Positions 1-7,402 of a stretch of DNA of 64,000 bases are shown in pieces (the first letter of the stretch is position 1; each line of letters starts with the position of its first letter). A program made the translations under genes and the position numbers. The stretch covers positions 24,665 to 88,664 of the forward strand of contig JAZSOV010000129.1 of assembly GCA_045537095.1 (NCBI GenBank), written 5' to 3'. The notes below the pieces were generated by a model that was given only the letters and a program-made list of their open reading frames with translations, was not told the origin of the DNA and searched no databases. This DNA comes from Alistipes sp. (lineage in GTDB: Bacteria; Bacteroidota; Bacteroidia; Bacteroidales; Rikenellaceae).

Positions 1-144
1 ACAAAGATCTCTACTTTCGAGCAACCTTTGAAGGAGGGAAGCCGCTACTATATTATATTAACCTTTACTTCGGCTGCCGTAAGTATCAACATTGTTACCG
101 CAGCTGCATGGGACGAAGTTCCGGTAGAGTATGAATTTATGTAA
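1..144 (+). CDS. 3' end of a fimbrillin/type V pilin-like protein (partial)
   Basis: Frame 1 is open from the window edge to TAA at 142-144 (TKISTFEQPLKEGSRYYIILTFTSAAVSINIVTAAAWDEVPVEYEFM). The terminal beta-strands with a W near the end resemble Bacteroidales pilins, and it lies 11 nt upstream of the next lipoprotein gene. Confidence 0.6.
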   Translation, partial: TKISTFEQPLKEGSRYYIILTFTSAAVSINIVTAAAWDEVPVEYEFM

Positions 145-155
145 ATTTTGAGAAG

Positions 156-2858
156 ATGAGATATACACGCTATATTACAACCATTTTAGCATCTCTTGTT
201 GCATTATCTTGTACTGTCGACACTACCATTGAGCAGACGATTATTGGCAATGGCGGAGGAAAGGGGCAATTCCAAATTGTTGGTAAAATTACCCGTTTCG
301 ACGATTGCAATGTCAACACCAGAGCAAACAAGACCCCCGATGAGGCTTATGTTTCGTCTATGGCCTTGGCGGTATTCCCTATTGAGGGAGGTATGATAAA
401 TGATTGTGTCTCGTATTTGCGACTTACTGGCGACAATATGACCTTTACTATCGATAGAAAGGCTTTGATAAGCCAGTATGGAGAGCAGTACGAGGACGAC
501 CAATTTGCACTCTATATTTTCGCAAATATGGATCTGCCTGCCACATTTGGCGAACTCGAAGATAAGTCATTGGAATTTTTCTTGAACAAGTACAACGAGA
601 ATGTAAACGGCATTCGCCGTCCGCAGACTGGTTTCCCAATGGTTGGCTCGCTTGGTGACAACATTACCGCCGGTGGCGATGGCAAGACATTTATCCTTAT
701 GCCGAAACAGAGTGAAACAGGAAACCCCGAGGGACTGCCAACGCTTGATGGCCAACCTTCGGACTACATCCCTATTCCGATGCAGGCGCTCTATGCAAAA
801 CACTCTTTCAGCATCCGTGTCGAGTCCGACCTCACTATCGAGGATGGTATCGAGCCAAGATTCACTATCACGAATTACCAGATTTACAACATTCCTGCCG
901 GCGTATGTGTTAATGCCGAATTAAATGATGAAGCTAATTCGAAACTTTCAGACGCAACGGCATCAGTATCGCTTAGTAGCACAGCTATTGCAAGCTCTAC
1001 TATCGATTTTGAATTTTTCTTGCCCGAGCGCTTCCTCGACCCCGACACATCTGCCGAGGAATTTACATATCCTTTTGGTGCAAATGGCACGGATGTAGTT
1101 GGATACTCCAATATTCGCCCTGAGGATAAGAAATATGCGCAGCGATACAAGAAGGAGCTTCTTGGCAGCGACCAAAAGGCCACCTATATTGTTATTCAGG
1201 GAAAATATCATGACCACCAGGGCCATGACTTCGATGTTGATTACACCATCCACCTTGGCGCTGACAACTATCAGGATTTCAATATCAAGCGAAACACTCA
1301 CTATATCAACACAATGGTTATTCGAGGAGTTAGCTCTTCTTCGAATCAGTCTGTCAACCAAGATGGTATCTTTATAGACCACCGTGTTAATGTCGAGAGT
1401 GGCTTGCCTATCATTATCAACTTGCAGCGTGAAACCAAGTTGGACTCCCACTTCGAAGTGCGCCCACTCCGTATTCGCTATCCACTTGGCGATGGCGAGT
1501 CGGTGCCTGCTGACGCAAAAGCAACTATCAGTGTCGAGCCGTTGAACGAAGGTGATGATGTATCGTGGGTACGCCTTGAACATAACAATGGCGGTACTGC
1601 TAATGATACATACTGCGCAAGCGGTAAGCGTCGCTACTTTACTACCAATCTGGTTACCTCCACACTTGCTGACAAAAGCAGTATCGAAGTACCTATTACA
1701 AATGGCGATCAGCAGACTGTATGGATATATGTTGATGAGTGCGCCCTCGTTGCCGATACCGGTACAAATGGCAGCTCTCGCCAGGCTCGCATTAGTGTAA
1801 AGTATTCTGATAGCAAAGGCGAACAGCCGGCTCACAACTACACGCTTAATCAGTACCTACTCTATCCGGTAACTACTACAAGATCTGACGATGATGTAGC
1901 AGGATCTACTACAGCCGCAGGCTCCTACACTTATTATATTGAGCATGAGGAGGAGTATCTCCATAACTTCGATGCCGAGGACGACTATGGTCTTACCGAC
2001 CAAGGCGGTATGGAGTGGGGATTAAATGGAATCCAGTTGTCGCATACAACGGAGGCAATTGCAGTTAAAGCTACCGACGACAACTTTTGGGAGTGGCTCC
2101 TTGGTTTCATTCGCTGGGATAAGCAAGAAATTGTGGATAATGCTGTTGCGAAGTTAAATCCAAAACCATACTATGATTTCTATTTGGTACGAGATGTTGA
2201 CCCAAATGCGCCTATCACGCCAAATGCATTTAATGGATATGTGTTTAATACGAGCATTATATCATGCCTAAAAACGACATATTCTGCGCATCAAACACAA
2301 GGCAATAACGCATCTTATAATGCCAAGGTGGATAAGATTGCTTTGGACGAGCAACCAAAGTCTGCAATTGCGTATTGCTACAACAAAAATAAGCGAAATG
2401 CAGAAGGTGTGGTTGAAAGTATTAAGTGGTATCTGCCGGCTATTGATGAAATTGAGGATATTGCTGAGGTAGCCTATGGAGACTTCGGCACACAGTTTCA
2501 AGATAACTTCTATTGGTCAAGCCAACCTTCATATTTAGCATACGATGCTACATGGACTATATCAACTGCGTTGAGTGACGGAACAACCGAAGCTAAATAT
2601 TATTTGGACAATAAAAATCGCGCAAGGGCTACGAAAGTGTTAAAGGAGAATGGTGAATTTGCAGGAGTTCCAAATAGTGGAGATGGAACTTTTGCAACTC
2701 AAACTGGCGCTATAAACAAGCCCGCGTTCAGGGACCCGACTATTACAATGAATACTCCTGTCGATAATCCGAATTACGATGCGACATGCGCTAATTATCC
2801 GGGCAATTTGCCTCGAACAGGTCAAAAGGCGCGTATTCGATGCGTGTATAAGCCGTAA
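156..2858 (+). CDS. Fimbrial tip/adhesin-like lipoprotein (DUF4906-like) with a C-terminal C-type-lectin-fold domain
   Basis: Lipoprotein signal (LVALSC), pilin-like motifs (FPMVG, FFLPE, DFNIKRNTHY) and C-terminal WYLPAIDE...YWSS...RIRCV motifs. Confidence 0.7.
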   Translation: MRYTRYITTILASLVALSCTVDTTIEQTIIGNGGGKGQFQIVGKITRFDDCNVNTRANKTPDEAYVSSMALAVFPIEGGMINDCVSYLRLTGDNMTFTIDRKALISQYGEQYEDDQFALYIFANMDLPATFGELEDKSLEFFLNKYNENVNGIRRPQTGFPMVGSLGDNITAGGDGKTFILMPKQSETGNPEGLPTLDGQPSDYIPIPMQALYAKHSFSIRVESDLTIEDGIEPRFTITNYQIYNIPAGVCVNAELNDEANSKLSDATASVSLSSTAIASSTIDFEFFLPERFLDPDTSAEEFTYPFGANGTDVVGYSNIRPEDKKYAQRYKKELLGSDQKATYIVIQGKYHDHQGHDFDVDYTIHLGADNYQDFNIKRNTHYINTMVIRGVSSSSNQSVNQDGIFIDHRVNVESGLPIIINLQRETKLDSHFEVRPLRIRYPLGDGESVPADAKATISVEPLNEGDDVSWVRLEHNNGGTANDTYCASGKRRYFTTNLVTSTLADKSSIEVPITNGDQQTVWIYVDECALVADTGTNGSSRQARISVKYSDSKGEQPAHNYTLNQYLLYPVTTTRSDDDVAGSTTAAGSYTYYIEHEEEYLHNFDAEDDYGLTDQGGMEWGLNGIQLSHTTEAIAVKATDDNFWEWLLGFIRWDKQEIVDNAVAKLNPKPYYDFYLVRDVDPNAPITPNAFNGYVFNTSIISCLKTTYSAHQTQGNNASYNAKVDKIALDEQPKSAIAYCYNKNKRNAEGVVESIKWYLPAIDEIEDIAEVAYGDFGTQFQDNFYWSSQPSYLAYDATWTISTALSDGTTEAKYYLDNKNRARATKVLKENGEFAGVPNSGDGTFATQTGAINKPAFRDPTITMNTPVDNPNYDATCANYPGNLPRTGQKARIRCVYKP

Positions 2859-2901
2859 CTGCAAATTAGGCAACCACAAATTAATCTAATATATTGAAGG
2901 T

Positions 2902-2940
2902 AGGGAGGTAGTCGATGACTACCTCTCTGCTTGTTTTTTT
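2902..2940 (+). terminator. Intrinsic terminator
   Basis: AGGGAGGTAGTC/GACTACCTCTCT stem followed by a T-tract, downstream of the adhesin stop. Confidence 0.75.
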
Positions 2941-2953
2941 GGGGGGGGGCAAG

Positions 2954-2984
2954 AAAAAGCCGGGTATCGTTTTCGATACCCGGC
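2954..2984 (-). terminator. Intrinsic terminator for the minus-strand PHP gene
   Basis: Perfect 11-bp stem GCCGGGTATCG/CGATACCCGGC with an A-tract on its left. Confidence 0.75.
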
Positions 2985-3164
2985 AGATGAGGGGACTTAT
3001 TCGGTGGTTGTTGTATCGCTCTTACGCACGCATCGCACCCGCGCCACCCGCGACCATAGACGCAAAATGATTATATAATTCCGAAAAAAAATGTGTCCGA
3101 GCCTTGTCGGACACATCTGTTTTTGCCGTGCTGCACCTTCGGCAACGCGACTATATAGAGTCAA

Positions 3165-4316
3165 TTAGTACTTCAACTTGAAAGATGGATGTTGCTCCAT
3201 GCCACTCCACATGCTGAGTACGGTGCATGATACCGGTTTGCCCACCTTGGTCGAGACGATAATCGACGACATTGCAGGAAGCTTTACTGGGTTGCCCTTG
3301 CCTACGCGCAATACGAATGGTATTGAAGTCTTGTTGGTGAGCTGAACGCGCTGCGACTTCTTTTTCTTGTTTACAGTGAGTTTCTTGGTCTCAACCGATG
3401 CCTCGAAGAAATCTTTGAGCAAATTCTCTTCGCCTGCCAATACGCCAAACGAGTAGGCCAATGTGCGGCGTGCCTCCAATGCCTCGCGAACATCTTTGAG
3501 AGTCAAATCCTTAGCGAAGACGATAGTCATATTGCGCAACTGGTCGTTCGCGCTATAAATCTGAGCAGTGGTAGCGTGAATATCGGTAGTGGCGGTCATA
3601 AACCACTTGCGGTTCTTCGCCTCCTCGATTGCGCGTGGATAGAAGCAGTAACCATTCATAATCTCAACGCCATCGACAAGTTTCTCGGCGTAAACCTGCT
3701 CCTCAAAAGCTGTTCTATTCAACGATGGGTGACGCCAGCCCGGATGGTTGTGCATAATCAAAGCACCCTGTGCGCGTGCGTTGCGGATATTTTGGATTGG
3801 GTCGTAGTTGTAAATCTCCTTGTTGTTGGTGGTGAAGAGAGCGTTGAAGTGTCCCTGAGTCTTGGCGTTACCTGTAAGCTCTACGCCGGGGATAACCAAC
3901 ATACCGTAGTTTGCGCCCGCCTTCACGGCATCAGCAACCGACTTTGAGGTCTTCGAGCCACGCTTTGCGGTTACCTCCGGAGGAGTTGGCTGTCCCTCCT
4001 TGCCCTTTACGGGGCGAATAGACATATGGTCGGTAGCGGCCATAATGTCAAAACCATCACGCCAAGCCTCGTCAATACGAGCTGTCATCTTCATTGTACC
4101 ATCCGAGTAGGTGCTGTGAACATGCAAGTCGGCCGAGTAGAGATTGTAACCCTTTACTTGTGGAAGGACAATAGTCTTACGAACATTTGCACCCTTGGTG
4201 CCGATTGGCAAAAGTGTCTGTGGCTCGGTTGCACTCTGATAGTGAGTGTGGTAATCTTGTGCGAATACCGATACGGCCATAAATAGGCCCAATACTAGCA
4301 AAATAGTTTTTTTCAT
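3165..4316 (-). CDS. Secreted PHP-family phosphoesterase (Sb-PDE/histidinol-phosphatase-like)
   Basis: Signal peptide; DLHVHSTYSDG, ATDH, GVE, HFNAL, NHP and TDIH metal-binding motifs. Confidence 0.85.
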   Translation of the reverse strand: MKKTILLVLGLFMAVSVFAQDYHTHYQSATEPQTLLPIGTKGANVRKTIVLPQVKGYNLYSADLHVHSTYSDGTMKMTARIDEAWRDGFDIMAATDHMSIRPVKGKEGQPTPPEVTAKRGSKTSKSVADAVKAGANYGMLVIPGVELTGNAKTQGHFNALFTTNNKEIYNYDPIQNIRNARAQGALIMHNHPGWRHPSLNRTAFEEQVYAEKLVDGVEIMNGYCFYPRAIEEAKNRKWFMTATTDIHATTAQIYSANDQLRNMTIVFAKDLTLKDVREALEARRTLAYSFGVLAGEENLLKDFFEASVETKKLTVNKKKKSQRVQLTNKTSIPFVLRVGKGNPVKLPAMSSIIVSTKVGKPVSCTVLSMWSGMEQHPSFKLKY

Positions 4317-4449
4317 AGTTTTAAATTGTTTGTGTTAATATATATTGTAGTTATTCTCTGAATATGCTGCTATAAACATATGACAAAGGTATATAAAAAA
4401 AACCATTTTAAGAACTTTTGGTCTTAAAATATTGCTTGAAACCTCACTT

Positions 4450-6672
4450 TTAAGCGTAGGAGTGCATACCTCCAAGCAGGAAATTTACACCAAAATAGGT
4501 TGTCAAAACAGTTAGAAACGCCACTATCATAAATGTATGAAAAAATATCGGGTTGCGGAACTTCGGAAGCGATGATGCGTGCAAGGCTGCCGAATAGACC
4601 AACATTGTAATCAACGCCCAAACCTCCTTTGGGTCCCAGCCCCAATATCTGCCCCACGAGATATTTGCCCATACGGCACCGATGAAGATACCTGCGGCAA
4701 GCAGAAATACGGCAGGGTAAAGCATTATGTTACTAACTACTTGCAGGTATTCGACCTCCGACTTGTGCTCCTTTTTCGTGTAACGCAAGATGGTTGCCGT
4801 AATGCCATTCAGCATCGCAAAGGCGAGCAACGAGTAGGCTATCATAATCACTACGACATGGATGCTCAGCAGTGGAGACTGCAATACGGGCATAAGTTGT
4901 GTGATGCGTGGAGATGCCTCGCCCATCATCGCAACCAACAGCGTGAAACCGCACAGCAGATAACCAAATGGCAACGCCATACGAAACTTGCGCGTAGCGC
5001 AGAGGGCAATCAACGCGCTGCACCACGCCATAAATTGCATCGTCTCGAAGCCGTTCGAGAGGGGGATATGGTCGCTCACAATCCATCGCAGGGCAATTTG
5101 CAAAGTAAGGTATAGCAACACGCCACCTATCCCTACGGCAAGCAAAGTGCTAAACCATTTGTTCCTGCCTTGTCGCAACGATGAACTTAGACAGAAAATC
5201 AAGAAAAAGATGATGCCGAGCGTCATACACGCTATTGCTAATGGGCGGTTGAAGTTGGCGCGATTATAGATTTGCTCCGCCTTGAAACGCCACGATGAAG
5301 GCAATCCATCGCCCGCCTCTTTTGCTTGGTAGAGTACTATTTTATCGAGTAGCGACACCACCTCGTCATACTTTTTGAGCATTATCTTCTCTGCAACCAA
5401 ATTCATACTGCGACCGATAAAAAGCCACTGCTCGTATGGCACTTCGGCAGGGAGTTTGTCCGCCAAAGAGTACCAAGTAACAACGCCTTCCCCATTGCGG
5501 TACGGGTATATTTTGAGGAGATTGCCCATTGCGAGCATACTCACCACATTGAACTTCTCGTTTGCGGACTCGGCATTTCGGCGGTTGCTCTCGACCTCAC
5601 CACGCAGTGCGGCTTCGAGTTTGTATCCCTCTGTTGCCGAGGCAAAGTCGGTCAGGCGAGCGTAGCTGCCTTCGATGCCGAGCAGTCGTTTTGTCTCGCC
5701 ACCCTTAATTTTAATCATCGGCTCGTGTTTCCAATCGTCATAGAAGAAGAGCCAACCCGTAACCACCTGCTCGGCACTCAACCCGCGATAGGTCGATTTT
5801 CCGTATAACTTGGTAGTGAAATCTTTGGCAAAGGTCTGTAATGGGCAGATGCGGTCGTTGTGGTAGATGTGCAAATCACCAAACTTTTCCGCTATATCAC
5901 GAGGTAGAGTTTGTGGCATCTTTTCGGTTGCCGAAATTGTATTTATCGCACAGAGCAGAAGCATTGCAGCTGCGCCTCGTTTTAATGCAGGGTGGCGTAA
6001 CAATGCCCTAAAACGGCTGTTCGGCTGCGCGAAGAAACCGAGCATCGAGAGCAACAATAGAAGATACCCAGTATAGGTTATGCCGATACCCCAAGGGTCG
6101 TACGACACAGCAAGAGTCGTCCCATTCCCGTCTTTGTCGTAGCCCGCCTGATAGAGGCGATAGTGGTGGTGCGAAAGGATGTTGTTCATCGACACCCTAC
6201 CTTTGATATGCTCCTCGCTATCTACGATTTCGAGATGGCTGATATAGTCCATCGGAGCAAAAGTGCCTTCGTAGTATTTAAGCTCAAAATCGTTCAATTT
6301 TAGCGAGAATGGGAACTCGTGCTCCTCGCCATCAGCAACGACAAAGTGTTGCACCTCCTCGCCTACGCGCAGATGCACACGCCCCTGCAAGCCCCATTTC
6401 CAAGTGGTATATGCGCCAAACAGAATTACCGCAAAGGAGATATGCAACATAAAGGTTGCAAAGCGTTTGTGTGCGCCACTGCGCACCAAATAGAATACTG
6501 TGCAGTGCGCCAAGAGTAACCACAAGATTATCATAAACCTTGCGCCGTATATATACTCCTGCACAAAGGGCGTACCGTAGGATTTTTCTATAATAGTCGC
6601 TACCATCAACACTACGACAATCAGTGCTGCCGAGCCAAAGGCGAGATATTTCAGTAGTTGGGTTTTCTTCAT
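4450..6672 (-). CDS. ccsA: Cytochrome c biogenesis protein, CcsB/ResB-CcsA fusion (system II)
   Basis: Multiple TM segments, WWD motif WGRYWGWDPKE and C-terminal GMHSYA. Start moved to MKKTQ (6672) because a TAnnTTTG promoter lies at 6714-6721. Confidence 0.9.
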   Translation of the reverse strand: MKKTQLLKYLAFGSAALIVVVLMVATIIEKSYGTPFVQEYIYGARFMIILWLLLAHCTVFYLVRSGAHKRFATFMLHISFAVILFGAYTTWKWGLQGRVHLRVGEEVQHFVVADGEEHEFPFSLKLNDFELKYYEGTFAPMDYISHLEIVDSEEHIKGRVSMNNILSHHHYRLYQAGYDKDGNGTTLAVSYDPWGIGITYTGYLLLLLSMLGFFAQPNSRFRALLRHPALKRGAAAMLLLCAINTISATEKMPQTLPRDIAEKFGDLHIYHNDRICPLQTFAKDFTTKLYGKSTYRGLSAEQVVTGWLFFYDDWKHEPMIKIKGGETKRLLGIEGSYARLTDFASATEGYKLEAALRGEVESNRRNAESANEKFNVVSMLAMGNLLKIYPYRNGEGVVTWYSLADKLPAEVPYEQWLFIGRSMNLVAEKIMLKKYDEVVSLLDKIVLYQAKEAGDGLPSSWRFKAEQIYNRANFNRPLAIACMTLGIIFFLIFCLSSSLRQGRNKWFSTLLAVGIGGVLLYLTLQIALRWIVSDHIPLSNGFETMQFMAWCSALIALCATRKFRMALPFGYLLCGFTLLVAMMGEASPRITQLMPVLQSPLLSIHVVVIMIAYSLLAFAMLNGITATILRYTKKEHKSEVEYLQVVSNIMLYPAVFLLAAGIFIGAVWANISWGRYWGWDPKEVWALITMLVYSAALHASSLPKFRNPIFFHTFMIVAFLTVLTTYFGVNFLLGGMHSYA

Positions 6673-6868
6673 AATTGTAAGTTGCAGAGTAAGTAACATA
6701 GTGTCTGCTCTCACAAAGATAAGGGATAGACTCCACACTTACAAATTTTCAGACTCTATAAATTGGTTGATCCGAAAGAGATCAAGTCGCAGCTCGTGAG
6801 CGAATACTCTGATCGCTAAAAATGTGGTAAAAAGTATCAGAAAAATTTGTGTGTAACAAAATTTTGGC

Positions 6869-6876
6869 TACCTTTG
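6869..6876 (+). promoter_or_regulatory. Bacteroidetes sigma-A -7 promoter element for tRNA-Val
   Basis: TACCTTTG matches TAnnTTTG, 16 nt upstream of the tRNA. Confidence 0.75.
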
Positions 6877-6892
6877 CACCTGCAAATCGAAA

Positions 6893-6967
6893 GGGAGCTT
6901 AGCTCAGCTGGTTTAGAGCATCTGCCTTACAAGCAGAGGGTCGGGGGTTCGAATCCCTCAGCTCCCA
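6893..6967 (+). tRNA. tRNA-Val (anticodon TAC)
   Basis: GGGAGCT/AGCTCCC acceptor stem, D-arm, anticodon loop CTTACAA and T-loop GTTCGAATC. Confidence 0.97.
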
Positions 6968-6974
6968 CAAAATC

Positions 6975-7003
6975 AAGACGACTTTTTTGAGTCGTCTTTT
7001 TTT
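6975..7003 (+). terminator. Intrinsic terminator of tRNA-Val
   Basis: AAGACGACT/AGTCGTCTT stem plus T-tract. Confidence 0.85.
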
Positions 7004-7018
7004 GTGTCCGCTGAGAGA

Positions 7019-7222
7019 TTCGTCGGCTTGTTGCGCCTCGGCTGACTTGTCTGCGCTATCAGAAGAGTGCGCAGTGTTGCTGCGCAACTATGGAATATTG
7101 GTTGAGTAATATCTGCTCAAACAAGTTTGGCTTCTATTATCAACCAACATCCCAAACCTTCGGTTGTTCTGCCCACTCTTTTTGCTTGGTCCGCTCTCGG
7201 CTGCTGCCGCCGTTCGAATCCC
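7019..7222 (+). repeat. tRNA-linked ~200-nt dispersed element, copy 1
   Basis: Collinear similarity to the reverse complement of 53312-53516. Ends in GTTCGAATCCC, identical to tRNA-Val 6947-6957. Confidence 0.75.
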
Positions 7223-7303
7223 GTGAGGTGGGAAGAAGGCGGTGTTTAAAATAATGCCAGACAAATTTTTGACTCTTTTTACATATATTTGAGCTATTTT
7301 TAG

Positions 7304-7311
7304 TATATTTG
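7304..7311 (+). promoter_or_regulatory. Probable promoter (-7 element) of the TIR/RyR operon
   Basis: TATATTTG about 90 nt upstream of the ATG at 7403. Confidence 0.6.
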
Positions 7312-7402
7312 CGAATGTGCATACCATCACCCGTGGTCGTGCGCATATGCTGATACCGTCAAGGGTTGGTGTGAAATTATGGTGATATAATATCGGTAAA
7401 CA

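Noticed and set aside
2400-2990. Complete DGR cassette
   Set aside because: No template repeat or reverse transcriptase in the window; the hairpins are explained as terminators of convergent genes.
6730-6819. Possible riboswitch upstream of ccsA or a gene remnant (LVDPKEIKSQLVSEYSDR*)
   Set aside because: The ccsA promoter (6714-6721) lies downstream of it, so it is not in the leader; the short frame has no start codon and is too short to assign.
7212-7222. GTTCGAATCCC as part of a second tRNA
   Set aside because: There is no cloverleaf around it; treated instead as an att-like duplication.
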